A stretch of DNA of 64,000 nt. Origin: Bacteroidales bacterium. GTDB lineage: Bacteria; Bacteroidota; Bacteroidia; Bacteroidales; UBA7960. The stretch spans positions 12,334-76,333 of the forward strand of contig SKRM01000003.1 of NCBI GenBank assembly GCA_007118495.1, read 5' to 3'. A model generated the notes under the pieces. That model was not told the DNA's origin and ran no database searches. It was given only the letters and a program-made list of their open reading frames with translations. The position numbers and the translations under genes were made by a program. This document shows, one piece after another, positions 63,886 through 64,000 of the stretch (the stretch's first letter is position 1; each line of letters starts with the position of its first letter).

Positions 63886-64000
63886 TCAGTTCAAAATCGG
63901 ATCTGAAGGAAAATTAGCCCAGATAGCATAGTCATTCCCCATTTCCTTAAGCATATTACTCCAGAGCTTTTCAGGATGTCTTTCCATGACCATGTCAAGT
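63886..64000 (-). CDS. 3' end of an unidentified CDS running off the window
   Basis: The minus-strand frame is open from the window edge to the TGA at 63886..63888 (..LDMVMERHPEKLWSNMLKEMGNDYAIWANFPSDPILN*). It is convergent with aroK. It is too short to assign a function. Confidence 0.3.
   Translation of the reverse strand, partial: LDMVMERHPEKLWSNMLKEMGNDYAIWANFPSDPILN

Overview
This is a gene-dense chromosomal window with about 58 CDS and non-coding gaps of at most ~0.3 kb. I saw no rRNA, tRNA, CRISPR array, transposase, integrase or recognisable phage or defence genes. All calls come from reading the translations and DNA by eye; no searches were run. Start codons and motif coordinates may be off by a few nt.

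Taxonomy: the content points to an anaerobic member of Bacteroidota.
- It carries T9SS porQ, a DUF3276/PUR-like gene and DUF1599.
- It has the nusB-yajC-ybbR-coaE and folP-cdaA arrangements.
- Shine-Dalgarno sequences are almost absent, and exact TAnnTTTG -7 boxes precede several units.

Gene order:
- PurM-family (5' truncated), prfA, pyrF, DEAD-box helicase, Kdo/LPS-kinase-like, PUR-like.
- nusB, yajC, ybbR-like, coaE, porQ, S8 peptidase, a possible OM protein.
- O-methyltransferase, M16 peptidase, def, ruvX.
- dapD, double GT2, tsaC, CCA-adding enzyme, PRiA4-ORF3-like, miaA.
- BadF-type sugar kinase, cdaA, folP.
- DUF1599, orphan ABC permease, tpiA, prmA, plsY.
- nfeD, floA, vWA membrane protein, M48 protease, rarA, class-III aminotransferase, GNAT.
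- NPPW methyltransferase, then mrpGFEDCBA (complete Mrp antiporter, minus strand).
- hsp20.
- A NuoE/NuoF/NuoG-GltD (Bfu/Nfn-like) flavin-FeS operon ending in a rubrerythrin-like gene.
- Glutamate dehydrogenase 1, two giant receiver/ATP-grasp proteins, S9 peptidase, glutamate dehydrogenase 2.
- wecB, aroK, and the 3' end of an unidentified gene.

Most interesting region (about 43.6-62.2 kb):
- Two translationally coupled paralogs of 1184 and 992 aa share one architecture: pseudo-receiver, intact receiver, PEP-synthase/PPDK-type ATP-grasp, and a swivel-like C-terminal domain carrying G[ST]HFF. Neither has a PEP/pyruvate TIM barrel or any standard response-regulator output.
- They sit upstream of, and are possibly co-transcribed with, a glutamate dehydrogenase. 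Two divergent GDH paralogs bracket the pair.
- A putative electron-bifurcating NAD(P)H/ferredoxin module lies next to them.
- I propose the pair as an uncharacterised signalling and phosphotransfer system linked to glutamate and redox metabolism. That is a hypothesis only.
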